Assembly: GCF_006345805.1 (NCBI RefSeq)
Contig: NW_021835409.1
Location: 1-43,387 of the forward strand
DNA: 43,387 nt
Source of the DNA: Octopus sinensis
Lineage: Eukaryota
Direction of reading: 5' to 3'
The stretch's first letter is position 1. Each line of letters starts with the position of its first letter. Below, piece after piece: positions 1 through 12,400 of this stretch. The translations under genes were made by a program, and so were the position numbers. Under the pieces are notes generated by a model, which saw nothing but the letters and a program-made list of their open reading frames with translations, searched no databases and was not told the DNA's origin.

Positions 1-334
1 ATATATACGTACATACATATATCCATAGTTATATACATATACATATATGCATATATATACATGCATACACACACATATACACACTGGTACATACAGCTGT
101 ATGTATGTTTCTCCGACTCTATAAGTATTGAACATTGTAAAGTCTTGACTTAAAGACACCCACTCCATTCAATCAATACAGTTTTGATCGATTCTTTACT
201 GACTGGGGAATAATATTGGCAATGTGGAGCAAACTGCAGATAATACAATCAATAAAGAATACCATGTTGAATATGGAATGAGGGAAACGTCGTGGTGGTG
301 GTGGTGGTGGTGGCTGATTTGATGACAACGATGA

Positions 335-1050
335 TGAAGAAGAAGAAGAATTGAAGAAGAAGGAGAATTGAAGAAGAACAATTGAAGGAGAGGAAGGATT
401 GTAGAAGAAGAAAAAGAAGAAGAATTGAAGAACAACAACAACAACAACTGAAGAAGAAGAATTGAAAAAGAAGAATTAAAGAAGTAGAAGGAAAAGAATT
501 GAAGAAGAGAATTGAAGAAGAAGAAGAATCGTAGAAGAAAAGAATTGAAGATGAAAAAGAAGAATTAAAGATGAAAAAAGAGGAAGGAAAAGAATTGAAG
601 ATGAAGAAGAGTTGAAGAAAACGAAGAAGATAATGAAAAAGAACTGAAGAATTGCAGAAAAAAAATTGAAGAAGAAGAATCGAAGAAGAAAGAGAAGAAT
701 TGAAGAAGTGGAAGAAGAAAAGGAAGAACTGAAGAAGAATTGAAGAAGAAAAAAAGAACAACAACAAGAACTGAAGAAGAAGAATTGAAAAAGAAGAATC
801 GAAGAAGAATTAAAGAAGAAAAATTGAAGAAGAAGAAGAAGAAGAATTGAAGAAGTGGAAGAAGAAAAGGAAGAACTGAAGAAGAATTGAAGAAGAAGAC
901 AAAGAAGAAGAAGAAGAAGAAGAAGAAGAAGAAGAAGAAGAAGACGAAGAAGAAGAAGAATTGAAGAAGAAGAAGGGGAAGATTTGAAGAAATGGAAGAA
1001 GAAGAATTGAAGAAGGAAGAGAAGGTGAAGGTGTAGAAAAGGAAGGAAGG
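335..1050. repeat. Purine-rich (GAA)n-derived low-complexity tract with recurring GAAGAATT unit
   Basis: About 700 bp of almost pure A/G on the + strand, punctuated by TT. The ORFs here are poly-F/L/S artefacts. Confidence 0.95.
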
Positions 1051-1074
1051 AAACCAAGAACTCAGTGACAGCCA

Positions 1075-1220
1075 CCATGACGACAACAACAACAACTACA
1101 ACAAGCATTACAACTACCATGACCACCTCAGCAGTCGCCACCACCACCACCACAAGCACAACGCCAAAGATGATGATGATGATGATGACGCTGACGATGA
1201 TGACGATGGTAACGATGATG
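1075..1220. repeat. Mixed trinucleotide repeats (ACA, ACC, GAT)
   Basis: Direct reading: acaacaaca, accaccacc and gatgatgat runs. Confidence 0.9.
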
Positions 1221-1574
1221 ACACAAAGCTCAGTGAACCAGGGAATTCACTGCTTATCATGCTTCGACCTACTCAGAAACATATTTGCCTGAATGGGAAA
1301 CATTGCAAATGATATTTGCATAGAAATCATCGGTGGACTTGTGGAACGGGATTATTTTATCTCAAAGAAGCATTCAATCCGAAAAGAGCAATATCTTCCG
1401 TGAGCCGTAATTTGTTGGGTTTTGAGGGGAAGATTTTTTTTGTTTCGATATTTTTGCATTAATTTTATTTTTTTGTTCTTTCTTCGTTGTAGTAATTATT
1501 ATTATTATTATTATGATTATTATTATTATTATTGCTATTAGCTTTGCTTGGTTTGGTTTGTTTTCTGTTGTACG

Positions 1575-1632
1575 TGTGTGTGTGTGTATGTGTTTCTGCC
1601 TGTGTGTGTGTGTACTTGAGTATTTATATATG

Positions 1633-1670
<38 letters not shown>

Positions 1671-1736
1671 TTGCATAGTACACATATAAGTACCTTTGGG
1701 CGGGTATTTGTAGTATTATCTCTTCTCTCTCTCTGT

Positions 1737-1769
<33 letters not shown>

Positions 1770-1803
1770 ATATATACATATATATATACATATATACGCA
1801 TAC

Positions 1804-1840
<37 letters not shown>

Positions 1841-2112
1841 ACGCATACATATATATATATATATATATATATCACACATATATACATGTATATATATAAT
1901 ATATATACATACATATATTATATACACACACATACATATATACACACATATACATATATACACACATATACATATATACACACATATACATATATACACA
2001 CACACACACATATATACATACACACACACATACATATACACACATACATATACACACATACATATACACACATACATACATATATATATATACACACATA
2101 CATATATATATA
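1575..2112. repeat. Compound (TG)n/(TA)n/(CA)n microsatellite
   Basis: Dinucleotide mosaic. Confidence 0.95.
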
Positions 2113-2409
2113 TCAAATTCGCTGACGTGGCAGATGGCAGCACCGCCTGACTGGCATCTGTGCTAGTGGAACATTAAGAGCACCATCCAAGTGTTATCGT
2201 TGCACTGCTAACACAGTAGAACACGGAATTGACTTAGAAAAACGTTTAATATACTTTGTGGTGTATAATGATTGCATAACAAAATGCTGCATCCCTACAA
2301 GTCATTAGTATGTAGGTAACAAGTTCGGTATGGACTAAGGGTTTTGTTAATGTAGAAGAAATTCTGTGTCATTACAGAACCACAAGTGATCGGAATTTGG
2401 GATAAGATC

Positions 2410-3013
2410 CACACTATAAACTGGTTGGGGTTTGGAAGGGCATCCAGCAGAAAAAAATCATGTCAAAGTAGATCTTGCTGATGCTGGTCCCATATGAAAG
2501 CACCTAGTCCACTCTGTAAAGTGTGGAAGGTCATCAAGGAAGCATTAGGAAGGGATTCCAGTCATAAAAAACATGCCAAAATAGACCTCTCGTTAATACT
2601 GGTTCCACATGAAAAGTACACAGTACACTCTATAAGGTGATTGATATTACAAAGGGAATCCAGCCATAAAAACCATTCCAAAGCTGACTGGTTGGTACTG
2701 ATGTCATGTAAAAAGTATCCAGTCCTCTCTGTAAAGTGGCTGGTGTTACAAAGGGCTTCCAGCCATAAAAACCATTCCAAAGAAGGCCTAGCTGGAGCTG
2801 ATGTTATGTGAAAAGCATCCAGTTCACTCTGTAAAGTGGCTGGTGTTAGAAAGGGCCTCCAGCCATGAGAACCATGCCAAAGCAGACCTGGCTGGTGCTG
2901 GTGTCACACAAAAAAGCACCCAGCCCACCTTGGAAAGCGGTTGGTGTTAAGAAGAGCAACCAGCCATACAAACCATACCTAAACAGACACTAGAGCTTGG
3001 TGTGGGCCTCTGG
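2410..3013 (+). repeat. Six diverged ~100-bp tandem units built from an internal segment of family C
   Basis: (g/a)aaggg..tccag motif recurs near 2435, 2549, 2651, 2750, 2850 and 2951. It resembles AAAAGCACCCA..CACTCT..AGTGGTTGGCGTTAGGAAGGGCATCCAGC of family C. Confidence 0.8.
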
Positions 3014-3974
3014 CAATAGAATCAGACAGGAACCTAGCTGTAGGGGTGCTAGATTCCCTTGTTCGAAAATATAAGGACACAGATCGTGTCGTAAAGCCAG
3101 CTGGCGACGATGTCTCATGGAGCTAAATCACAGCAACATTCATCCTAAACCAGGACTGCCATGTTATGTTGGCAAACAATCTTTACTCCACACTACAGGA
3201 CATCCTGGAAATGAGCAATAAAATAAAATAACCAGCTGCAATGGACACCCCACATACATACACTCCAGACCCCGCTGCACTTAATAATAAACTGATTAAA
3301 ATCTCACATGATGGTATTCTGATCAGAGTCAACAATGAAGAAATATATCAGAGACAATACAGAAAAATCGAAGGAAGCATTACAAATTCAATAAAGATGG
3401 ATCGATGAAAACACTTCCCCAGGCAACGAATGAGTAAACGTCTCGGGGGAAATAATGGCTAAATACAACAGGACTCCACCCCAAAGAAATTCTCTTTCTC
3501 TCTCACCACAGAAACGAACCCAAATGCAAACAAGCTATAAATGACCTAATTTATTCTTGGTAGCCATGGCAGTATCGAAGGAAATCAAATAAGAGTCTAA
3601 TAGAGTTAAGTTGGTCTTTTTTTTTTTTTCACAGTGAAGCCAGCCAAAAGCAATAAAAAAAAAAGTAGAGAGTAAATATATTATTAAAAAAAATTAGTGG
3701 AAAAAAAAGGAAATGTCTTATCTTCCTGCAGAGAAATGTAAAAGAGTAAGGGCAGCGGGCGGGGAAACTTTATGTAAAAACGAAGAAGAATGAATTAAAT
3801 ATTAATATGAAATAAAAGATTAAAAAAACTGAAGAAAAAAAAACATGAACAAGCAGTAAACACATTTTCTCATAGGAAAGCCATGTTGGATAAGGCATTT
3901 CGAAAAATAGAAAAGTGGCCACTTGTTTTATGAGATTAAGTTATTTGAAAGGAAAAGATTATCTTTGGATAAAA

Positions 3975-4155
3975 TGGTTGCCCTGTATTTAGTTATGACT
4001 CTTCGTGTTTCGAGATCAAATTCCACCAAGGTCAACTTTGCCTTTCATCTTTTCAGGGTCAATAAAATAAGTACCAGTTGAACACTGGGGTCAATGTAAT
4101 CAACTTACCCTCTTGCCAAAAATTGCTGGCCTTGTACCAAAATTTGAAATCAGTA
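3975..4155 (+). mobile_element. SINE family A, degenerate, alternative tail
   Basis: Core caactttgcctttcatcttttcagggtcaataaaataagtaccag followed by a tail containing ggccttgtaccaaaatttgaaa. Confidence 0.75.
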
Positions 4156-4444
4156 TTTTGAATTACATAATCTTTTATGGGTGCACCAAAATCTTTTAAG
4201 GGCTTAACGCCTCTATGGGTCTTAATCGGGCCCTAGTAGCCATATATTGCTATGGTTAATGTAGATTATTTTCAGACCCCTGTTTGGTGACTCCCTGCCA
4301 ATGTCTTCTCTAAGCCCTTTAAGTGTCTCAATGTATCACCTGCCATTTAGGGTACAGTCATGTTCCCAGAAATCATAGAGAACAATGTCCATATTCTTCA
4401 CCCTTCCAAAATAATCGCCATGGCTTCCTTTGCTAAACACTCAT

Positions 4445-4905
4445 CTTTCTCTTGTTTCAGCCATTAGACCATGGCCATACTGGGGCACCACCTTGAGAGA
4501 TTTTTAGTCAAATGCATCAACCCCAGTACTTTTATACTTTTACTTGTTTCAGTCATTTGACTGTGGCCATGTTGGAGCAGTGCCTTGAAGGATTTTAGTC
4601 ATACAAATTGACCTCAGGACTTATTTTTTATACCTGGTACTTATTCTATCAGTCTCTTTTGCTGAACGGCTGAGTTGCAGGGAGATAAATGCACTAATGC
4701 TGGTTGACAAGTACAGACACAGACATATATACATACATATATGACAGGCTTCTTTCAGTTTCCAACTGTCAAATCCACTCACAAGGTTTTGATCAGCTCA
4801 AGGCTATAGTATAAAACACTTGCCCAAGGTGCCATGCAGTGGAACTGAACCTGGACCCATATGGCTGGGGAGCAAGCTTCTTTCTACACAGCCACGTCTG
4901 TGCCT
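4445..4905 (-). mobile_element. tRNA-headed SINE family B with an extra 3' fragment
   Basis: Reverse-complement matches to the intact family B copies at 40061 and 41078 (cttgtttcagtcatttgactg, cacttgcccaaggtgcca, acacagccac). Confidence 0.85.
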
Positions 4906-5369
4906 ATGTTCTTCAAATTCTTAAACCGAGGAGAAGTGTGGCAGATAATATTTCATGAACTGAGCCTTCGTTTCCAAATCACAAAGGACCCAACCTCTGT
5001 CAGTTAATAGAAAAGCTATGCCTGTTTTTCTGCATCGTTTTCGGTACAGACTTCATATAATAAAAACACAATGATCAAAAAAGCAACTGTAACAGAATTC
5101 TAAGCATGTTGGAGTAAAAGATATGGAAGAAAATACAGACCAGAACCAAGATGTACTATGGATGAGAATGTAAAAGGGAGTGGAAAACTGCAATACTAAC
5201 GTAATTTATAACCCAGTGTTAAGCAGAACAAGGAATTCACCAATAAATAAAAGAGTGCTAGCAGCCGGAGAGCTGGAAAGCTTTTGGAATTGATAAAATA
5301 CCCAATTTCAGAGGGTGGAATACATGATCGGTGTACATGAAACTGCCAAAAAAGCATTGAACAAATTAC

Positions 5370-5380
5370 ATACGTACATG

Positions 5381-5417
<37 letters not shown>

Positions 5418-5602
5418 TCACACATATATATATATATATATATATACATGTGTATGTGTGTATATATATATATATGTATGTATGTATGTATGTGTATGTA
5501 TGTATGTATGTATATGTGTGCATATATACCTACATATACACACACTCACACACATATGTATGAATATATATATGTAATTATGTATGATATGTATGTATTA
5601 TG

Positions 5603-5660
<58 letters not shown>

Positions 5661-5833
5661 ATATATACATGTGTATGTGTGTATATATATATATGTATGT
5701 ATGTATGTATGTGTATGTATGTATGTGTATGTATGTATGTATATGTGTGCATATATACCTACATATACACACACTCACACACATATGTATGAATATATAT
5801 ATGTAATTATGTATGAATATGTATGTATTTATG

Positions 5834-5881
<48 letters not shown>

Positions 5882-6153
5882 TATATATATATGTATATAT
5901 ATATATATGTATATGTATATATATATGTATATATATGAGTGTATACGTATATATATATACCTACATATACAAACACTCATACCTAATATAAATATATACA
6001 CACACACACATACCTGTATGTATGTATGAATATATATATGTAATTATGAATATATATATATATGTATGTATGAGTGTGTATATATATGTATGATGATGAT
6101 GATGATGATGATGTATGTATATATATATACCTACATATACACACACGCATTCC

Positions 6154-6188
<35 letters not shown>

Positions 6189-6296
6189 TACATACCTATA
6201 TATATACACACATATATATATTTATATATATATATTTGTACACACACACACACATGCACACCTATATATCCCCCACACACACATATATATATATGA
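5370..6296. repeat. Compound microsatellite with ~229-bp higher-order duplication
   Basis: catatatacctacatatacacacactcacacacatatgtatgaatatatatatgtaattatg occurs at 5521 and 5750; decayed versions lie near 5960 and 6125. Confidence 0.9.
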
Positions 6297-6597
6297 ACAC
6301 TTGATTTGCTACCAGAGAAAGAAGAAAACAGCAATGATTCCAAAAACAAAAAAAAATGAACATATAAACAAACAAATATATAAATAAATAAATAAGCACG
6401 TGGGTTGTTGGAAACTCGGGGCTAATAATAACCAGTTTACTGACAAAATACAAAACCCCTAAATGTTGGCTGCTTATCTCGAAAGTAATATCTTATCAGG
6501 GGAATAAAAGGGAGCGTTAAAAAAGGGGATTGTGTTGTTGTAAAGAACAGTTATTGATGAACAGAGCAGTTAATGAAGACAGCAAGCTTAGAAAGAA

Positions 6598-7140
6598 ATA
6601 TATATATGTGTGTATATATGTGTGTGTGTGTATATATATATATATGTGTGTGTGTGTATATATACATATATGTGTGTGTGTGTGTGTGCATGTATATATA
6701 TATGTGGTGTGTGTGTTTGTGTGTATATATATGTGTGTGTGTATATATGTGTGTGTATGTATATATATATATATATATATGTGTGTATATATGTGTGTGT
6801 GTATATATATGTGTGTGTGTGTGTATATATATGTGTGTGTGTGTGTATATATGTGTGTGTGTGTGTATATATGTGTGTCTGTGTATATATATATATACAT
6901 GTGTGTGTATATATGTGTGTGTGTGTATATATATATGTGTGTGTGTGTGTATATATATTATATATATATATGTGTGTGTGTATATATGTGTGTGTGTTTG
7001 TGTATATATATGTGTGTGTGTATATATATATGTGTGTGTGTATATATATATGTGTGTGTGTATATATATATATGTGTGTGTGTGTATATATATGTGTGTG
7101 TGTGCATGTATATACATGTGTGTGTGTGTGCATATATATT
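6598..7140. repeat. (TG)n(TA)n compound microsatellite
   Basis: Direct reading. Confidence 0.95.
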
Positions 7141-7431
7141 AGCATGGCACAGAGTGATAAACTGAAAAGCATTTGACAGCCCATCAGATTCTTGGATATT
7201 GGAGATGTGCCTATTAAAACAAAGCTACCCCAATATTAAGACTGATCTACACCAAAATGGGAAACAGACAGCTCCATCACTCGAAGACAATGCAATGTTA
7301 AAAGTAAAAAACCTCTACTCAGATCTCAACAAAACAGGAATGTTTGGTGGGGAAATTCTTAAATCGTCTTTTGTTCTTTTCCCTATGTCTAAACATAAGC
7401 AAAAAGAAATAAAATGAAAAGAGGGAGCATA

Positions 7432-7590
7432 GATGCAGGCATGGCTGTGTGGTTAAGGTGCTTGCTTTGCAGCCATATGGCTTTGAGTTCAGTCCCACTG
7501 AGTGGCACCTTGAGCAGTTGTTTCACCAGGGCTTTTTGATTAGATTTGGTAGAGAGAAGCTGAAAGAATCTTGTCATATATATATATATA
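7432..7590 (+). mobile_element. SINE family B, 5' part
   Basis: A-box tggctgtgtgg, B-box-like gagttcagtccc and ggcaccttgagca. Confidence 0.75.
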
Positions 7591-7596
7591 TATAAA

Positions 7597-7782
7597 GGGA
7601 AAGTTTACAAAAATAAACAAAAGACGAAGGCAGGTGGTGTACAAACAAACGTGTATTAGTATAGCGCTCAGGAATAGAAAAAGTCTTTTACATTTCGAGC
7701 CTACGCTCTTTGACAGAAAGATACACAGAAAAAAACGAGGAGAGAAACAAGGAGAGAAAAAAATGTGTGTAGTAGCTAATAT
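7597..7782 (-). mobile_element. Penelope-like terminal-repeat fragment carrying a degenerate hammerhead motif (7684-7721)
   Basis: Reverse complement of the 9345-9545 family. Minus strand reads tcttt CTGTCAA a gagc gtag gctc GAAA tg TA aaaga. Confidence 0.65.
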
Positions 7783-7804
7783 ATGTGTGTGTGTGTGTGG
7801 GGGG

Positions 7805-7972
7805 GGGTGCAATGGCCCCGTGGTTAGGGTAGTGGACTCGTGGTTTCAACTCCCAGACCGGGTGTTGTGTGTTTAATGAGCAAAAACACCTCCGCAAGGC
7901 TCCATCAGGTGGAGTGTGGAGCAACCCCTGTTGTACTTTTTCGCCCCAACTTTCACTCTTTCTTCCTGTTTC
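7805..7972 (+). mobile_element. tRNA-headed SINE family D (tRNA-Arg-like), partial
   Basis: caatggccccgtggttaggg...cccagaccggg...gagcaaaaacacct, shared with the copies at 33837, 34514 and 38920. Confidence 0.8.
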
Positions 7973-8584
7973 AACCTGGAACTATGCTTCAAGCACTTGG
8001 CCAAAACACCAGGCCCTGGGAGAGAACAAGATACCACACGGTTGCAAACTGAACTGCTTAACCACACAGTCTTGCTTCCTCCCCATTCGTATTTATTCTT
8101 TATAATCAGACAATGTTCTTCGTTATTTAAACAATATATTTCATACGTAATAAAGACACAAAAGAAATAAAACAACTATTATAAGTATTATTTGTACTTA
8201 TTGAAGATCTGTGTAATATTGCTATCTTCATGGTTTATTAATTTTAACCTTCAATTCAATAATGTTATGAGATGCCTGTATTCATTATCTTTTCTCTTTT
8301 ATAATGGAGAACTATTTTTTCTTCATTTGTGTTACTATTCACCCTTGGGTCAGTTCTGTATTCTTCATCCTGGCCCAGAGTAATGTGGGGTAATATCAAT
8401 AATGTACTGTAAAAGAAACAAGAAAATATTTTTAATAAATGCTTTTTTTCTTCAGGATAATCTTGCTGGATTAGAGGTTTTGCTTTTATCTTCTCAGATA
8501 AATACAATAATAATAAAAGGATGACTCCTTTCCCAGTGGTATAAGACTCATAGGAACAGTTTCCTAGATTTTGTGGCGTATATA

Positions 8585-8743
8585 TTCATCCCCTGGATGA
8601 GATACCATTCCATTCACAGGATTTTTGCCAGCTGAATGAACTGAAGCAATGTGAATGAAGTGTTTTGCTCAAGAACACAATGCAATGTCCAGTCTAGGAA
8701 TTGAAACCACAACCTTATCACCATGAATCCAACACTCTAACCA
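8585..8743 (-). mobile_element. SINE family E fragment
   Basis: tttttgccagctgaatg...gaagtgttttgctcaagaacacaa...gaaaccacaa matches 35220-35458. Confidence 0.8.
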
Positions 8744-9007
8744 CAAGAAAATGTTTTTGATAAATGCTTTCTTCAGGATAATCTTGCCGGATTAGGAGTT
8801 TTGTTTTCATCTTCTTGGATGAATAGAATAACCAAAATAATGAATATAGCAACTTCCCAAGTTATATAGACTCATAGGACCCATTCAATGGATTCTGTGG
8901 CATATACAGGGTAGGTAAAAAGTAAGTAGGCATTAAAAATTGGTAATAAAAAATCCATATTCCTTTTACAAATATATTGAAATAAATGATGTTTTTTTTT
9001 TTTTAAA

Positions 9008-9125
9008 TCTTCCATATAAGTACTGGTAGCATCAACCAGTTTCCTCGAATGACCCGGGATGGAATAAACAACCTTCTGAAGGATGTCATGTGGGATATCA
9101 TTGACAACCTCCTGAATCCATTCTC
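9008..9125 (-). pseudogene. Tc1/mariner-type transposase C-terminal remnant
   Basis: Minus translation WIQEVVNDIPHDILQKVVYSIPGHSRKLVDATSTYME resembles the terminal helices of Tc1/mariner transposases (recognised from memory, no alignment run). Confidence 0.5.
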
Positions 9126-9344
9126 CTAGTCCTCCAGTGTGTGAGCATTTCACCTGGCGTGCTAACGTTTCTGCCAACTTGCCACCACGTCCAGACCTCT
9201 CATACGCACTAATACTCTCTCATACACACACACACACACACCCTTATGTTGGAGCTGGTCACTCAACCCTATTATCTCCCCTAATTTCGCTCTCGCGTCT
9301 CATGTTTGATCTTTGACTTCTGGCCGAAATCAGATCGCCATGTT

Positions 9345-9545
9345 GGTTCGTTAGTTACTGCACGCATTTTTTTTCTCTCCTTCTTTCTGTGTTTTTTTCT
9401 CTCTGTGTATCTTTCTGTTGAAGAGCGTAGGCTCGAAACGTTAAAGACTTGTTTTATTTATATTTCCTGAGCGCCATACTAATACAATTGTTTGTTTGTT
9501 TTCCACCTGCCTTCGTCTTTTGTCTATTTTCATAAAGCTTCCCGT
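9345..9545 (+). mobile_element. Penelope-like terminal-repeat fragment with variant hammerhead motif (9410-9447)
   Basis: tcttt CTGTTGA a gagc gtag gctc GAAA CG TT aaaga. Same family as 7597-7782. Confidence 0.7.
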
Positions 9546-9560
9546 TATATATACATATAT

Positions 9561-10208
9561 ATTCTTTTCTACTCTAGGCACAAGGCCCAAAATATTTGGG
9601 GAGGGGGTTCAATCGATTAGATCGAACTTAGTATGCAACAGGTACTTAAATTATCAACCCTGAATAGATGAAAGGCAAAGTTGACCTTGGCGGAATTTGA
9701 ACTCAGGACATAGCAACAGACGAAATACCGATAAGCATTACACTCTGTGTGCTAACATTTCTTATTTCTTTACTGCCCACAAGGGGCTACACACAGAGGG
9801 GGAAAACAAAGACAGACACAGATTAAGTCGATTATATTGATCCCAGTGTGTAACTGGTACTTATTTAATCAACCCCAGTGCATAACTGGTATCTATTTAA
9901 TCGACCCCGAAAGGATGAAATGCTAAGTCAACCTCGGCAGAATTTGAACTCAGAACGTAACAGCATACAAAATACCTATTTCTTTACTACCCACAAGGGG
10001 CTAAACACAGAAAGGACAAACAAGGACAGACAAATGGATTAAGTTGATCGTATCGACCCCAGCGCGTAACAGGTACTTATTTAATCAACTCCGAAAGGAT
10101 GAAAGGCAAAGTTGACCTCGGCGGAATTTGAACTCAGAATGTAATGGCAGACGAAATACCGCTAAGCATTTTGCCCGGCGTGCTAACGTATCTGCCAGCT
10201 CGCCACCT
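9561..10208 (-). mobile_element. SINE family A composite (head plus repeated core/tail units, followed by a second copy with the alternative tail)
   Basis: Three copies of the core gatgaaa(gg)caaagttgacct(c/t)ggcggaatttgaactcag; head ctgccagctcgccacc ends at ~10207. Confidence 0.9.
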
Positions 10209-10500
10209 TGTACTACTAATAATACTATAATATTTTGTGTTTCTTTTCTTATAATTTTCATACGCAAAGTAATCTATAAGTATAAAAAAAATTAATTAAA
10301 CAATATTGCAGAAGATATATAATAAAGCAGCCCTTTGGGGCTCAGAAAATGTAAAAATTTATAGATGATGTTCATAGTTGAATTATGACCTTTAATGGGT
10401 TAGCATGATCCTTTTTGTGTGTAATTTGATGGAGATTTTCTTGAAGGTTGATCAAGTGACCACATGCAAGAGGCTCCTTCAGTTGGCTTAAGGATATGTT

Positions 10501-10620
10501 GGGGAGGATACGTCGGGAGGTGGGCGGGTCGTGACACTGAACGGAAGTTGATGCGTGACATGAAGGCAACGAGGCATACAAGAACATGTCGGAATGGTGT
10601 CTACGTCTATCTTGGTGAGT
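10501..10620 (+). promoter_or_regulatory. Candidate CpG-rich promoter/first exon with GC-box, ETS motif and splice donor
   Basis: 10483-10614 is about 51% GC in an AT-rich context. GGGCGG at 10522, CGGAAGT at 10542, four G-runs at 10501-10528, and G|GTGAGT at 10614/10615. Confidence 0.4.
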
Positions 10621-10707
10621 GGAAACAGATGAGAGGGAAAAAAAATTGTGCTGATGTTGCAGAATTAAGAATAAAAAGAGTTAGTTTTGAAGAAGTAAAA
10701 CAATGGT

Positions 10708-10708
<1 letters not shown>

Positions 10709-10739
<31 letters not shown>

Positions 10740-11129
10740 ATATATATATAACACACATATATATACGTGTATATATACATATACATATATATATTATATA
10801 TACGCGTGTATGTATACATATATAAACATGCATATATATATATGTATAAATATGTATATATATGTGTGTGTATAAATATGTATATGTATATATATATATA
10901 TGTGTGTGTATAAATATGCATATATATATATGTGTGTGTGTGTGTATAAATATGCATATATATATATGCGTGTGTGTGTGTGTGTGTATAAATATGCATA
11001 TATATATGTGTGTGTGTGTGTATAAATATGCATATATATATATACATGTATATATATGTAGATATATACATGTATATATACATATATACATGCATATATA
11101 TATAAACATATATATGTATGTATAGATGC

Positions 11130-11162
<33 letters not shown>

Positions 11163-11190
11163 TACACACATACATATATATGCATGCACA
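10709..11190. repeat. Compound TA/TG microsatellite with repeated gtgtgtataaatatgcatatata unit
   Basis: Direct reading. Confidence 0.95.
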
Positions 11191-11714
11191 CACACATCAT
11201 CATCATTTAACGTCTTTTATTCCATGTGTGTGTATATATGTATGAATATATGTACACACACATATGCACACAGACACAGGTGTGCACACACAGGCACACA
11301 CATGCATACACATATACACGCACATTATACTTGTGCATATATATATATATATATGTGTGTGTATACAGATAATGCTGTATATGTGTGTATGTGTATATAT
11401 ATATATATATATATAATATGTGTACACAGAGACACACACACACACACAGGAAGTGAATATAATTACAGAGCTTACGCTACGGCTGTGATTACGCTCTGAG
11501 TCAACACGGAAGGAGATTTGGTTGAACAACTCAATAAAGGGATCTCTTTATGCAGTCAGTCACCATGCTAGAAATACCAGTCAAATCTCCTTTAAAATCC
11601 ACCCATTTTCATGCTATCTTGGGAGTAGATCCACAGCTAGATTCACGGAGAAACTTTAACAGATAAAGGTTCATATATTCTTTATTTTTCTTGTTTTTTG
11701 TTTTTCTTTATTTG

Positions 11715-12083
11715 ATTCACTCATTAGACTCTGACCATTTTGAGGCATTGCTTTGAAGAATTTATTCAAACAAGTCAACCCCACTACTTATCTTTTGAGA
11801 GCTTGGGATGTATTATATCAGTCTCTTTTGCCAATCCGCTAAGTTACAGGGACATAAACACACCAACACCAGTTGTCAAGCGATGCTGAGGAACAAACAC
11901 AGCACACACACACACACTTGATGGGCTTCTTTCAGTTTCCATCTACCAAATCCACCCACAAGGCTTTGGGTTGGACCAAGGCTGTAGTAGAAGACATTTA
12001 CCCAAGGTGCTACACAGAGGGACTGAACCTAGAACCATGTGGTTGGGAAACAAACTTTTTACCACAAAGCCACACTTGCACCT
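11715..12083 (-). mobile_element. SINE family B, diverged
   Basis: cttctttcagtttccatctaccaaatccacccacaaggctttgg...acccaaggtgc...aaccatgtggttggg. Confidence 0.8.
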
Positions 12084-12285
12084 ATAGTATGGTAATGTCA
12101 AACACATGGCCCTTCAGCCCTTTTTAAACGCAACTGTGGCTTACAAGTGCTGCAGTTTAGAGGTTTAAACGTAGGGAGCCCAAAAAGATTTTAACAATAA
12201 AAATTATTGATAATAATTCTATTAATAAATATAGGATTATTGAAGGATTATTGATGAGCAAGTAAAAGGGTTTAAAAGACTTTTA

Positions 12286-12400
12286 CTGTAAATCCTCAAG
12301 TATAATCCAAATTTTTTCCCCAATATTTAAATGTCAAAATCCCTAGTGCGTACTATATATGAGGTTAAAAATGAAAATTATTTTCTAAGCAATTTCCTAT
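12286..12400 (+). mobile_element. Tc2/pogo-group DNA transposon end (tentative)
   Basis: TA followed by ctgtaaatcctcaagtataatcc, with an inverted subterminal echo gtgcgtactatatatgagg at 12346-12364. Resembles CCGT..CTCGAGTATA-type TIRs from memory. Confidence 0.45.

Noticed and set aside
1037-1312. ATG-less ~90-codon His/Asp-rich frame (..SHHDDNNNN..HHHHH..DDDD..KHCK*)
   Set aside because: Composition is fully explained by adjacent ACA/ACC/GAT repeats; no credible acceptor or start.
3020-3480. Possible decayed Penelope GIY-YIG or other retroelement coding remnant
   Set aside because: Only a vague KEALQIQ-like word; stops in all frames and no diagnostic motif.
3634-3751. Acceptor-like tracts at 3633 and 3731, and a possible 14-nt microexon 3732-3745
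   Set aside because: Such matches are expected by chance in T-rich DNA; no supporting coding signal.
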